In this document: one piece after another, positions 42,901 to 51,566 of the stretch
How the letters are laid out: the number at the start of each line of letters is the position of its first letter
How positions within the stretch are numbered: position 1 is the first letter of the stretch
NCBI GenBank assembly: GCA_001799635.1
Contig: MGTV01000029.1
Span: 1,309-65,308 of the forward strand
Reading direction: 5' to 3'
Length of the DNA stretch: 64,000 nucleotides
Source: Elusimicrobia bacterium GWA2_62_23
GTDB lineage: Bacteria; Elusimicrobiota; Elusimicrobia; Elusimicrobiales; UBA9959
The notes under the pieces: generated by a model
The model's database searches: none
Seen by the model: the letters and a program-made list of their open reading frames with translations, nothing else
What the model was told of the DNA's origin: nothing
Translations under genes and position numbers: made by a program

Positions 42901-45345
42901 CTGCGCGTCGCAGTTGAGGTCTTCGCTTTTGGGGGCGTTGTGAAGCACTAGTCCCGATGTGCAGACAAAGGTGTCGCCGCTGCGGCCGTCCGCGTCCTCG
43001 CTGATCTGTCCCAGGTGGATGTTTATCTGCGGACCCTCGTTCCCGGCGGCGGTGCTGTTCTGTCCGTAGACCACCAGTTCCAGCACGTTCTTCTGCGAGA
43101 AGTCCAGGCCGGTGGGGGACAGCGGGTAAACTATGGAGACTTCGGACGAGACGTTGAAGTCGTAGTTAACGCTCAATACCTGCTGGGAACCGTCCGAACT
43201 GGAGGCAGGGTTGATGTCGCGGGACTTCACGTTCTCGGTGTTCCAGTCCAGGGCCGTAGGGTCCGCGGGGGCGAGCGTGGGGTTGGCCGCTATGAACCAG
43301 TAGTTCCGGTCCATGGCCGCGGAATCCTCCTGTTTGGCGCCTTCCATGTTGTCTATCAGGGCCACGTCGTTGAGGTTGGGGTTCAACCGGCTCTGCGCTA
43401 CTTCTCCACCGATAGATGCCCGCAGGCCCAGCAGGTTCAGGCCTTTGAGCTGGGAGTCGCCTTCGTAGACCAGCATGCTGTTGGTGAGGTCCGTGATGTT
43501 CGGCACTGAATTGGACTTGATTCCTCCCTGGTAGAGCATGGTGGAACCCAGGGAGAAATGATCGCCGAAGTCGTAGGAGATGCGGCCTCCCACCATGGAC
43601 TGGTTGCCCACCCCGCCGAAGGGCGAAACTTCGTAGGAGATGTCTATCTTGGAATCCTGGCTGACGCGTTCCGGGTAGTAGAACGTGATGAAGCCGGAGT
43701 CGTAGTCTATGAAATATTCCTCGTTGCGGCCGAGCTTGCGGCCGTCCACGCGCACCACTTCCGACTGGAGCACTATGTTGGGCTCCAGCATGAAGGTCTT
43801 GAAGCGGTAGGAATATTCCACGCGGAAGACGCGTTTGGACACCGGGGCGGCCGAATATACCTGCTGGTCCGGGGTGGCGGGGGCCCCTTCCTCGCCGAAA
43901 GGCTCTTTCAGGTTGAAGATGCCCTGTTCGAAATCCACTTCGATATCGTCGGGATAGACCTGGCGTGGGCTCAGGGACGAACCGACGCTGTTGCGGTTGA
44001 GGTCCTGCACCTTAAGGGTGAAATTACCGGTGCCGTTGTCGCGCACGATATTGGTCTGGCCTATGGAATAGTAGGTCTTGAGCTCCCGGTTCCAGCAGGT
44101 CTCGGCGGCGGCCGTCAGCGTGTCGGAGGAGATCAGCGGGATGTCGCTGGGGCTCTTTATGATCTTGGGCAGCCCGCTGCCGCCGGTATTGAGCAACAGG
44201 GGGGCGGTGTTCTGGGCCAGCATGGAGCCGTCGGAGTTCTGGAAGTCTATTATGACCACGTCCTGCGGGTTCAGGGTGCGGCTGAACGTCACCATGCCCT
44301 TAATGTAGTCCATCACGTAGTCTATGCCGGGGCTCAGCAGCTGGAAGCGGCCCCGGTAGGTGACCGTGGACAGCGCCAGATCGTCGGCGGTGATGTCGAA
44401 GACCGTGACATTGTCCACCTGCGCCAGCGTCTGCTGGTCTATGTAGATGCGTTCGGTCCCGGACTTGATAGGCAGGCGGTTGCAGACCGTGGTATCGCAG
44501 CCGAAGGTGAGGTCGTAGTACTTGCGGCGCAGGTAGCTGACGTCCAGGATGTCCGTGCCCTGGAACTGGGTGTTGCCGGTGAACTGCTTGGTCTTGGTCT
44601 GGCCCTTGGTGCGCGAGCCCACGAAGGTGAACTTGAGGCGGTTGGTCTTGAGGTCGGCGCGGATACCGAACAGCTGCTTATTGTAGGAAACGAATTCGGT
44701 GGCCGGCAGCGAGAGGTCGATGTCGCCGAACGAAACGTTCTGCACCACTTCGTTGGGGTCGCCGGTATAGACCACCGAGATGTCCTGCTTGTCCACCTTG
44801 GTGTCGTCGTAGTCCACGTTGACGGTGATCTTCTGGCCCACCTTGCCCTGCATGCGCACCTGCATCTGCTGGGTGATCTCGAAGAGGCTGAGGCTGCGGG
44901 GGCGCGTGTTGGTGGTCTGTTCGTAAAGGTACTTCTTGCCGCTGTAGTTGAGGGCTATCACCTTGCGGCCCGTCACGGAGAGCGTGGTGCCGGATTCCTT
45001 GAACTCAACCTGCGGTTCCACCATGGTAGGCAGGTCGGTGGAGATCTCTATGGCCCTGGCGGGGGCCAGTTCGTCCTGGCGGAAGCGGCCGGTCTCCACC
45101 GCCTCGCGCACCGAGTTCCAGGCGTCCTCGCTGTAGGAGAAAGGCAGGTCGCCGGACATTTCGTCAAGGGTGGAGCCCGCGGGCTCGGCCTGTTCCTGGT
45201 CCACGGTCACGCGTGAAGGGTCGGGCCTGTCGAGCAGGAGGAAGCGGCCGCCCTCCGGCTTCGGCACGGCGAAGTCGGCGGCCGCCGCGCCGGGGGCGCA
45301 GGCCAGTACCGCTGTGAGGAAAAGTAGTTTCGCCGTCTCTTTCAC
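39982..45345 (-). CDS. Giant outer-membrane beta-barrel protein, SprA-like
   Basis: Signal peptide MKETAKLLFLTAVLACAPGAAAA if the GTG at 45345 is used (alternatives 45366, 45426). The block VVYTGDPNEVVQNVSFGDIDLSLP...QLFGIRADLKTNRLKFTFVGSRTKGQ resembles the conserved SprA N-terminal signature (from memory). Ends in ...STLTFQF. Confidence 0.55.
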   Translation of the reverse strand: MKETAKLLFLTAVLACAPGAAAADFAVPKPEGGRFLLLDRPDPSRVTVDQEQAEPAGSTLDEMSGDLPFSYSEDAWNSVREAVETGRFRQDELAPARAIEISTDLPTMVEPQVEFKESGTTLSVTGRKVIALNYSGKKYLYEQTTNTRPRSLSLFEITQQMQVRMQGKVGQKITVNVDYDDTKVDKQDISVVYTGDPNEVVQNVSFGDIDLSLPATEFVSYNKQLFGIRADLKTNRLKFTFVGSRTKGQTKTKQFTGNTQFQGTDILDVSYLRRKYYDLTFGCDTTVCNRLPIKSGTERIYIDQQTLAQVDNVTVFDITADDLALSTVTYRGRFQLLSPGIDYVMDYIKGMVTFSRTLNPQDVVIIDFQNSDGSMLAQNTAPLLLNTGGSGLPKIIKSPSDIPLISSDTLTAAAETCWNRELKTYYSIGQTNIVRDNGTGNFTLKVQDLNRNSVGSSLSPRQVYPDDIEVDFEQGIFNLKEPFGEEGAPATPDQQVYSAAPVSKRVFRVEYSYRFKTFMLEPNIVLQSEVVRVDGRKLGRNEEYFIDYDSGFITFYYPERVSQDSKIDISYEVSPFGGVGNQSMVGGRISYDFGDHFSLGSTMLYQGGIKSNSVPNITDLTNSMLVYEGDSQLKGLNLLGLRASIGGEVAQSRLNPNLNDVALIDNMEGAKQEDSAAMDRNYWFIAANPTLAPADPTALDWNTENVKSRDINPASSSDGSQQVLSVNYDFNVSSEVSIVYPLSPTGLDFSQKNVLELVVYGQNSTAAGNEGPQINIHLGQISEDADGRSGDTFVCTSGLVLHNAPKSEDLNCDAQVGSSEDIGWLYSPSNAVNSRRYGANNGRLDSEDLNKNGRLDFGDSTGNSFGYVKNSKFTDNNDSGNLKNTVDFAGWHTLVMPLAIASTDTYKWNAVKQVRISLKQTPGGAASGVLKFARISAVGNTWSVNAGTATQAGTMQATAVNNLDNPGYTPIYDAGGEATIVYNDLYGSVSEQKEKSNGATVVEQTLSVTYDNVSSTATAYVYRKFTRAIDVSQHGKLRFLLNNQGAADANASFYLKAGDEASYFKAEVPLNFTGWKMVVIDQTDITEDGIPDRWASGTSGVVVTSTGTPSLQQVPQFIIGIAAKDDQPHSGAVYFNELHVADPLTRVGNARKVEGAFEIPGWFSFGGKHRLVDRNFQTPVTAIANQDNEHNTGYLNITRLAFFPVNVTAARQITVTPNALVTGGNNLVNSLQQGRVKKFDGTAAGTLSVGALPKLGLNYTKGITDYNLLSRKDDRDLYAANLSYSVPGAVPVLPRSLNLNYSLGLSRVRYDESRLLNLSGLYDTSERTDVYGARLTFIPWNGSSFNPGYTLQTAREERSPLAAPTARERYPKSMQQTVDFNSNFMLARWLNPSVNYSVTTMESNNLNTTTVTVAQSSQVYTAGQIKNVNRTAQGGVALTISMNDLMPSNRLLRSLVLSSNYQIQDGDIWQNVEKDYNTRNKLWIRDPLKPANRLAQRNSITMRDTVSSTQRWQPFEGYAFAGRASALKTLSVTNNYSNSVQRSEVTGTISKSVNRTFPDMILSLSQLELLTGARRWAQGATINLKYSRNTNEAKKISLDSSDTYGMDLRFKLLNWMDTAASYNLRLTDKRDLRVNRLTGSTRHDDATLQGTFDYGKFRFTPKADYVSDKAKAALGVVTQNTRTITPSLLIKTDFQLPKGLKLPFMKQTIIFTNRIVWTTTLSYAIKSSPITIAENTKLFTLNSSADYEAAKNLRLTFNAGLQRLWHKYLKQEEYLSYQAGSTLTFQF

Positions 45346-45434
45346 TTTAAATAAATCAAGAACCACAGGCCTGCCGGTTTTCCCCGGGCAAGCGAGACCG
45401 CGGCCGCCGCGAAGTTTCCACGGCACCGTCGATA

Positions 45435-45440
45435 TATAAT
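45435..45440 (+). promoter_or_regulatory. -10 box TATAAT 11 nt upstream of the ATG at 45452
   Basis: TATAAT, then AGAATAAATAA, then ATG. No SD. Confidence 0.3.
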
Positions 45441-45451
45441 AGAATAAATAA

Positions 45452-46564
45452 ATGGCCGTGCCTATAGCCCGACTTTACCTGCTCAAGGTCTTCTCCAAAT
45501 TCCTGGGGCTGTCGCTGTTCGTCTTCGTGGCGCTGCTCGTGATGCTGAATTTCGTGCAGATAGTCAACCAGGGCGTGCTGGCCGGGTTCTCCTTCTATTT
45601 CCTGGCCAAGAGCATCCTTTTCCTGCTGCCGAACATAGTGGCCACTTCCCTGCCGCTGGCCTTTCTGCTCGCCATGCTGCTCTCGCTGGGGCAGATGTCG
45701 CAGGACGGCGAGATCATAGCGCTGCGCGCGGGCGGCTTCTCCTTCAAGGAGATCCTGTCCTGCGTGTTCTGGGCCTCGGTGGCGGCCTCGCTGCTGCTGC
45801 TCGTCATCAACAACTGGGTCGGGCCCGCGGCCCTGCGGCGGTCCACGGACTACACCGTCTCCATGCTCAACCGCGTCACCAAGATAGAGCTCAAGCCCCG
45901 CACTTTCCAGAAGATCTCCGACTGGGTGCTCTACGCCGGCGAGGTGGACGCGCTCAGCGGGGACATGCGCGGCGTCAAGCTGACGCGCCGCATCAACAAG
46001 GGCGACGCTCCCGCTTTCGTCACCAAGATCAACGCCGCCGACGGGCGCTACCGCGTGGTGCGCGAGAAGGGGCTGGAGATAGAGCTGGCCAGCGGCCAGT
46101 TCAGCCAGACCGACTGCGCCGACGCCGAGAAACTGCTCTACGGCCGCTTCTCCTCCTATAAGACGCTGCTGCCTTTCTTCTCCGATAACGGCAAAGGGCG
46201 CAAGCTCAACCAGCGCGAGATCTCCACCCCTGGCCTCCTCGCCCGGCTGCGCGCCGGCATCCCGGACCCGCAGATAGCCGCCAAGTTCCGCATAGAGGCC
46301 GCTTCCCGCTTCGCGCTGGCCCTGGCGCCGCTGGTCTTCTTCCTGGTGGGCGCGCCGCTGGGCGTGGCCCTGGACAAGCGCGGGCGCTCGGCGGGCTTCG
46401 GCCTGACGCTGCTTATAATCTTCTTTTACTACGGCCTGACCATAACCGGGATGGTGCTGGCCCGCAAGTACTCGGCCCTTTTCCCGTGGGCTATCTTCGT
46501 GCCGGCCCTGCTTACCGGGGGCGCAGGCGGGTGGCTGTGGCGCCGCCGGCTGCACGCTAAATAA
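45452..46564 (+). CDS. lptF: LPS export ABC permease, LptF/LptG (YjgP/YjgQ) family
   Basis: ARLYLLKVFSKFLGLSLFVFVALLVM N-terminus and six-TM topology with a periplasmic insert. F versus G is assigned by gene order only. Confidence 0.75.
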   Translation: MAVPIARLYLLKVFSKFLGLSLFVFVALLVMLNFVQIVNQGVLAGFSFYFLAKSILFLLPNIVATSLPLAFLLAMLLSLGQMSQDGEIIALRAGGFSFKEILSCVFWASVAASLLLLVINNWVGPAALRRSTDYTVSMLNRVTKIELKPRTFQKISDWVLYAGEVDALSGDMRGVKLTRRINKGDAPAFVTKINAADGRYRVVREKGLEIELASGQFSQTDCADAEKLLYGRFSSYKTLLPFFSDNGKGRKLNQREISTPGLLARLRAGIPDPQIAAKFRIEAASRFALALAPLVFFLVGAPLGVALDKRGRSAGFGLTLLIIFFYYGLTITGMVLARKYSALFPWAIFVPALLTGGAGGWLWRRRLHAK

Positions 46565-47653
46565 ATGAACAGGATCTTCTTCCGCTACATCGCGCGCTCC
46601 TTCTGGGCCCCTTTCGGGTTCGGGCTGGGCGTGTTCTGCCTGCTGCTGCTGTTCGGCAGCCTGTTCGACAACCTTAATTTCTTCATGAAGAGCGGGGCCG
46701 GGGCCGGCGTCTTTTTAAGCTACGTCTTCTACCAGGCGCCCTACTTCATGGTGAAGATGACCCCCATAGCGACCCTGCTGGCGGTGCTGTTCGCCATGGG
46801 CGGGATGATGGCCAGGGGGGAATGGAAGGCGGGGCTCGCGGGCGGCTGGCGGCCCTTCGACATGATAAAGCCGCTGCTGGTCTGCGCCGCGCTCGCCGGC
46901 GCCGGGCAGTTCGCGCTGCAGGAGACGGCGGCTCCCGATTTTTACCTGCGCTCGGAGCATCTCTTCGAAGAGAAACTGCGCGGCCGCGAGGATTGGCGGC
47001 GCGTGGTGAAGAAGGACGTCTCTTTCTCCGCCGGCGACGATGTGTTCGTGACGGCGCATCTCTTCGACGGGCGGCAGAAGAACATGCAGCGGGTGATAGT
47101 GAATATCTACAAGGAAGGGGCGCTTTTCCTGGAGCTCAATTCGTCCTGGGCGCAGTGGCTGCCCGAGACCAAGCAATGGATGTTCCACGACGGCGTCATG
47201 ATAAAGTACGACGGGGACAATAAGCCGTCCACCAAGCGGTTCGCCGAGTACCGGTCCGCCATCTCCGTGCCCCCGGAGAACCTGGTGCTGGAGAAACTGG
47301 TGCCGGAAGGCGTGTCCATGCTGGACGTGCTGCGCCGCCTGCGCCGCCTGAAGGCGGTGGGCGCGCCTGCCGCCGCCGAGCGGACGCTGCTCTGGGTGAA
47401 GTTGGCCGCGCCGCTGGCCAACCCCGCCATGGCGCTGATAGGCGCCGCGATGGTGCTGCTGATGCGCAGGAACAATAAATTTTTCAGCTTCGGCCTGGCG
47501 CTGGGCTTCGGCTTTTTCTTCTGGGCCGTGATCATCATGTCCCAGGAGGCCGGCAACGCCGAGCTGGTGCACCCGGTGATAGCCGGGTTCGCGCCGGCCG
47601 CGGGGTTCGCGCTGGCTTCGCTTTGGGGCCTGCGCCGCGCGCGGGCTATTTAG
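46565..47653 (+). CDS. lptG: LPS export ABC permease, LptF/LptG family
   Basis: IFFRYIARSFWAPFGFGLGVFCLLLLF. Abuts the preceding permease gene with no gap. Confidence 0.75.
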   Translation: MNRIFFRYIARSFWAPFGFGLGVFCLLLLFGSLFDNLNFFMKSGAGAGVFLSYVFYQAPYFMVKMTPIATLLAVLFAMGGMMARGEWKAGLAGGWRPFDMIKPLLVCAALAGAGQFALQETAAPDFYLRSEHLFEEKLRGREDWRRVVKKDVSFSAGDDVFVTAHLFDGRQKNMQRVIVNIYKEGALFLELNSSWAQWLPETKQWMFHDGVMIKYDGDNKPSTKRFAEYRSAISVPPENLVLEKLVPEGVSMLDVLRRLRRLKAVGAPAAAERTLLWVKLAAPLANPAMALIGAAMVLLMRRNNKFFSFGLALGFGFFFWAVIIMSQEAGNAELVHPVIAGFAPAAGFALASLWGLRRARAI

Positions 47654-48146
47654 GGTAGGTTACCTGCAGGACTTCCAGCCGCACCGTCTCGTTCTTCCTG
47701 TTCCAATTTACCACGCTGCCCGGTTTGGCGCCTATGAGGGCCGCGGCCAGGGGCGCTGACCAGTTCAGCTTGCCCGCCGCCGGGTCGGCTTCGTCTTCCC
47801 CGACTATCGTGTAATCTTTTTCAGCGCCGCCGGCCTCGCGTACCCGCACCGACGCGCCGAAGCGCGCCTCGCTGTCGGCCAGGCCCCTGTTGTCCACTAA
47901 TATCGCCCGGCCGATCTGGCCTTCGTAGTAGCTCAGGTCCAGCTCGGCCTGCCGCAGGGGCAGACCGGCCGGCTCGCCGGGCTTTTTGGCTTTCAAGAGA
48001 CTCGCGCGCAGCGTCGAGAGTTCAGAGGCTTTGGCCTGCAGCATGGCCAGGCCCGCCGGGGTCACATAGTTCGGCCGGCCGCTGGGCTGGCGCCGCACCG
48101 GTTCTTCCGGCGTATCGGCGTCGTTCTTGATGAAAGCCTGGCTCAC
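47646..48146 (-). CDS. GreA/GreB-family transcription factor-like protein
   Basis: N-terminal coiled-coil plus C-terminal FGASVRV...YTIVGEDEADPAAGKLNWSAPLAAALIGAKPG, typical of the GreA C-terminal domain. Confidence 0.65.
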   Translation of the reverse strand: MSQAFIKNDADTPEEPVRRQPSGRPNYVTPAGLAMLQAKASELSTLRASLLKAKKPGEPAGLPLRQAELDLSYYEGQIGRAILVDNRGLADSEARFGASVRVREAGGAEKDYTIVGEDEADPAAGKLNWSAPLAAALIGAKPGSVVNWNRKNETVRLEVLQVTYPK

Positions 48147-48149
48147 GTC

Positions 48150-50114
48150 CTATTTCACCAGCTTTTTCGCCGCCGCGGCTATCTTTTCCGGGGTTATCCC
48201 CAGGGCCGCGTAGGCCTGGCCGGCCGGGGCGGATTTACCGAAAGTTTCCACGCCTATGGTCGAGACGTCGGTGCCCAGCAGCTCGGTCCAGCCTACGGAG
48301 CGGCCGGCTTCCACCGCCAGCTTGGGCAGGTTGGGCAGGAACACGGAATCCTTATAGGCCTGGTCCTGTTCGCGGAACAGCTCGAAAGAGGGAACCGAGA
48401 TGATGCGGGCGGCTATGCCGTCCTTCTCCAGCAGCGCGGCCGCTTCGAATAGCATGGACACTTCCGAGCCGGAGGCGATGAGTTCCACCGACGGCACCGT
48501 GGACGGGCCGCGCAGCAGGTAGGCGCCGCGCTTGAGGCCGGCGGCGATCTTTTCCTTGTACTGCGTCATGAGCGGCAGCTTCTGTCGCGAGAGCGCCAGG
48601 CACGCCGGGCGTTTGGAGCGCACCGCGGCCTCCCAGGCGTAAAGCGTTTCCCAGGCGTCGGCCGGGCGCAGCACCAGCAGGCCCGGGATCAGCCGCAGGC
48701 TCATCAGGTGCTCCACCGGCTGGTGGGTGGGGCCGTCCTCGCCAACGCCGATGCTGTCGTGAGTGAACACGAACACCGCCGGGGTCTGCATGAGCGCGGC
48801 CAGGCGCAGCGCCGGGCGCATGTAGTCCGAGAAGACCAGGAACGTGGCGCCGAAGGGGATCAGCCCGCCGTGCAGCGCCAGGCCGTTGAGGATGGCGCCC
48901 ATGGCGTGCTCGCGGATGCCGAAATGCAGCGTGCGGCCGGGCTCTTTGACGAAGTCGGTCTTCGTGGACGGGCCCAGGTCGGCCGAACCGCCGGTGAGGC
49001 CGGGCAGCGCGTCGGCCATGAGGTTGATGACCTTGCCGGAAGCTTCGCGCGTGGCCACCGGCTTGTCGAAGAAGGACGGTTCCTGGTTGAAGAGGCCTTC
49101 CGGGATCTCGCGGCCCAGCATGGCCTTGGCGAGGTCCGCTTTCGCCGGGTTGGCCTCGGAGTAGTTCTTCCAGAGCTTCAGCCAGCGCTTGCGGTCGCGC
49201 TCGCCGGCGGCGGCCTGCTCGGCGAAGCGGGCGCGGGCTTCCGCGGGCACGCAGAAAGGCTCGTCGGGGGGGCAGCCGAGCACTTTTTTGGTGGCGGCGA
49301 TCTCTTCTGGCTTGAGCGGTTCGCCGTGCACCGAGTTCTTGTCCTGCTTGGGGCTGCCGAAGCCGATATGGGTCTTGGCGATGATGATGGAGGGCTGCTC
49401 GGCCTCCCTTTTGGCTTTGCGGATGGCGGCGTCCAGGGCGTCGAGGTCGTTGCCGTCCTCCACCTCTATGACCTGCCAGCTCTGGGCCTGGAAGCGCTTC
49501 TTCACGTCTTCGGTGAAGGCCAGGTCGGTGGAGCCTTCTATGGTGATGCCGTTGGAGTCGTAGATGCAGATCAGTTTGCCCAGCTTCATGGTGCCGGCGA
49601 GGGAGGCCGCCTCGTAGGAGACGCCTTCCATCAGGTCGCCGTCGCCGCAGAGCACGTAGGTGCAGTGGTCCACCAGCGGGAATTCGGGGGTGTTGAGCTT
49701 CTCGGCCATGAGCTTCTCGGCGAGGGCCATGCCCACCGCGGTGGCGAAACCCTGCCCCAGCGGGCCGGTGGTCATTTCCACGCCCTTGGTGTGGCGGTAT
49801 TCCGGGTGGCCGGGGGTGAGGCTGTCGAGCTGGCGGAATTTCTTCAGGTCGTCCAGCTCCAGGCCGAAGCCGTAAAGGTGCAGCAGCGAGTAGAGCATGG
49901 ACGAGCCGTGCCCGGCGGAGAGCACGAAGCGGTCCCGGTCGAACCACTCGGGGTCGGAGGCGGAGAATTTGAGCGAGCCGGCCCAGAGGGCGTAGGCCAG
50001 GGGCGCGGCGCCGAGGGGGAGTCCGGGGTGGCCTGAATCGGCCTTGCCTACCATGTCTATGGAAAGGCCGCGGATGGTGTTCACGCACAGGTTGTCGGTC
50101 GTGTCGAATTTCAT
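48150..50114 (-). CDS. tkt: Transketolase
   Basis: SGHPGLPLGAAP, GHGSMLLYSLLHL, GDGDLMEGVS, THDSIGVGEDGPTHQP. Confidence 0.95.
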   Translation of the reverse strand: MKFDTTDNLCVNTIRGLSIDMVGKADSGHPGLPLGAAPLAYALWAGSLKFSASDPEWFDRDRFVLSAGHGSSMLYSLLHLYGFGLELDDLKKFRQLDSLTPGHPEYRHTKGVEMTTGPLGQGFATAVGMALAEKLMAEKLNTPEFPLVDHCTYVLCGDGDLMEGVSYEAASLAGTMKLGKLICIYDSNGITIEGSTDLAFTEDVKKRFQAQSWQVIEVEDGNDLDALDAAIRKAKREAEQPSIIIAKTHIGFGSPKQDKNSVHGEPLKPEEIAATKKVLGCPPDEPFCVPAEARARFAEQAAAGERDRKRWLKLWKNYSEANPAKADLAKAMLGREIPEGLFNQEPSFFDKPVATREASGKVINLMADALPGLTGGSADLGPSTKTDFVKEPGRTLHFGIREHAMGAILNGLALHGGLIPFGATFLVFSDYMRPALRLAALMQTPAVFVFTHDSIGVGEDGPTHQPVEHLMSLRLIPGLLVLRPADAWETLYAWEAAVRSKRPACLALSRQKLPLMTQYKEKIAAGLKRGAYLLRGPSTVPSVELIASGSEVSMLFEAAALLEKDGIAARIISVPSFELFREQDQAYKDSVFLPNLPKLAVEAGRSVGWTELLGTDVSTIGVETFGKSAPAGQAYAALGITPEKIAAAAKKLVK

Positions 50115-50692
50115 TTTCGCTCCAGTAGTTTAATTTTCCACGCCTGCAAAGCTATGATGGTCTTGGCGTCCCGGATAAGTCCGGCCTTGAACAGCCGCCA
50201 CGCCTTTTCGAAAGTAAGGACCTCGGTGCGCACGAACTCGTCCTCGTCGGGTGAGGCGGGCCCCGGGCGTAGCCCGGAAGCGGTGAAGATGTGCAGCACC
50301 TCGTTGGAGAAGGCGGTGGTGGGCCAGAAGGCGACCAGCGGTTTTACGCTCTTCGCCGTGTAGCCGGTCTCTTCCTGCAACTCGGCCTTCGCCCGCGCCA
50401 GCGGCCGGTCCGCGGCGGAATGCAGTTTGCCGGCCGGGATCTCCAGGGTGGCTTCGCCTACGGGGTAGCGGTATTGCCGCACGAAAATTATCCGGCCGTC
50501 GGGCAGCACCGGCAGCACGGCCACCGCGCCCGGGTGCGCCATGAAGGCCCGCGTGGCCTTCTTGCCGTTGGGCAGCACCACCGTATCGGCGCGGAAATCC
50601 ACCGTGCCCGAGAACACCAGGCGCTTCTTGTGGAACCGCTCCGTCAATCCCGCGTGCTTCTTCATCCCCCCATTATATAATTTCCGTATCAA
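50111..50692 (-). CDS. NUDIX hydrolase (ADP-ribose pyrophosphatase-like)
   Basis: Nudix box region AGKLH...ARAKAELQEETGY. Confidence 0.8.
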   Translation of the reverse strand: MIRKLYNGGMKKHAGLTERFHKKRLVFSGTVDFRADTVVLPNGKKATRAFMAHPGAVAVLPVLPDGRIIFVRQYRYPVGEATLEIPAGKLHSAADRPLARAKAELQEETGYTAKSVKPLVAFWPTTAFSNEVLHIFTASGLRPGPASPDEDEFVRTEVLTFEKAWRLFKAGLIRDAKTIIALQAWKIKLLERK

Positions 50693-50829
50693 TATACAGT
50701 CCAGGTCGGCGGGGCGGAGGCACGCGGGCCCTCTTCCGCCGCGCCCGCTTAGGCGAACGAGGGGAACATGCCGGCGACACTACGGTGTCGGGGTGGTCTG
50801 CTAGGCTATTGGGGGAGGCCGGAGGGCCC

Positions 50830-50858
50830 TTGACCGGAGGCTGCCGCTGATGTATACT
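50830..50858 (+). promoter_or_regulatory. Sigma70-like promoter (TTGACC-17 nt-TATACT) for mazEF
   Basis: TTGACC at 50830-50835, 17-nt spacer, TATACT at 50853-50858. AGGAGG at 50871-50876 before the ATG at 50882. Confidence 0.5.
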
Positions 50859-50881
50859 CAATGTAGATACAGGAGGCGGTT

Positions 50882-51124
50882 ATGACGACAGTGGTACAGA
50901 AATGGGGCAATAGCCTGGCTCTGCGCATCCCCAGCGCCTTCGCCAAGGACATACACCTGCACCAGGGGTCAACGGTGGAGGTGGCCATAGTGGAGGGGAA
51001 TATGGTGATAAAACCAAGGAAGAAGCGGAAACCGTCGCTGGCGCGCCTACTTAAGGGCGTAACCGCCCGGAACCTGCACGCCGAACAGGACTATGGCGAA
51101 CAGGCTGGCCGGGAGACCTGGTAA
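50882..51124 (+). CDS. mazE: AbrB/MazE-family antitoxin
   Basis: VQKWGNSLALRIPSAFAKDIHL SpoVT/AbrB fold signature. Confidence 0.8.
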   Translation: MTTVVQKWGNSLALRIPSAFAKDIHLHQGSTVEVAIVEGNMVIKPRKKRKPSLARLLKGVTARNLHAEQDYGEQAGRETW

Positions 51125-51125
51125 T

Positions 51126-51461
51126 ATGCCCTACGTCCCGGAGCGCGGAGACGTGGTCTGGCTCAGCTTCGCGCCCCAGGCCGGCCATGAACAGGCCGGG
51201 CACAGGCCGGCCCTGGTGCTGTCGCCCTCCGCCTACAATAAAAAAGTAGGCCTCGCGCTCTTCTGCCCCCTGACCACCCAGGTGAAAGGGTACCCCTTTG
51301 AAGTTTTGGTCCCTCCGGGTCTTAAAGCCGGCGGCGTAGTCCTCTCCGACCAGGTCCGCACCATGGACTGGCGCGCGAGAGGGGCCAAGCTCTGCTGCCG
51401 GATCCCGCAGGGCACCGTGTCCGAAGTCCTGGAAAAGCTCGGCGCCCTGATCGGGGAGTAA
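51126..51461 (+). CDS. mazF: MazF/PemK-family endoribonuclease toxin
   Basis: YVPERGDVVWLSFAPQAGHEQAGHRPALVLSP...CPLTTQVKGYPFEV...VVLSDQVRTMDW. Confidence 0.9.
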   Translation: MPYVPERGDVVWLSFAPQAGHEQAGHRPALVLSPSAYNKKVGLALFCPLTTQVKGYPFEVLVPPGLKAGGVVLSDQVRTMDWRARGAKLCCRIPQGTVSEVLEKLGALIGE

Positions 51462-51566
51462 GTTCGGGCCCGGCGCCCGAAATTCCTTAAGGGCTATATT
51501 TATTTATATAATTAAGGGACGCGGGTTATTTGGGCCGCGGGCGGTTTCGCTTTATTCCGGGTAGAG

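Noticed and set aside
43558-45216. 552-aa plus-strand ORF, plus several other plus-strand ORFs between 40048 and 45439
   Set aside because: All are antisense to the continuous SprA-like ORF, and their compositions are typical of GC-rich shadow frames.
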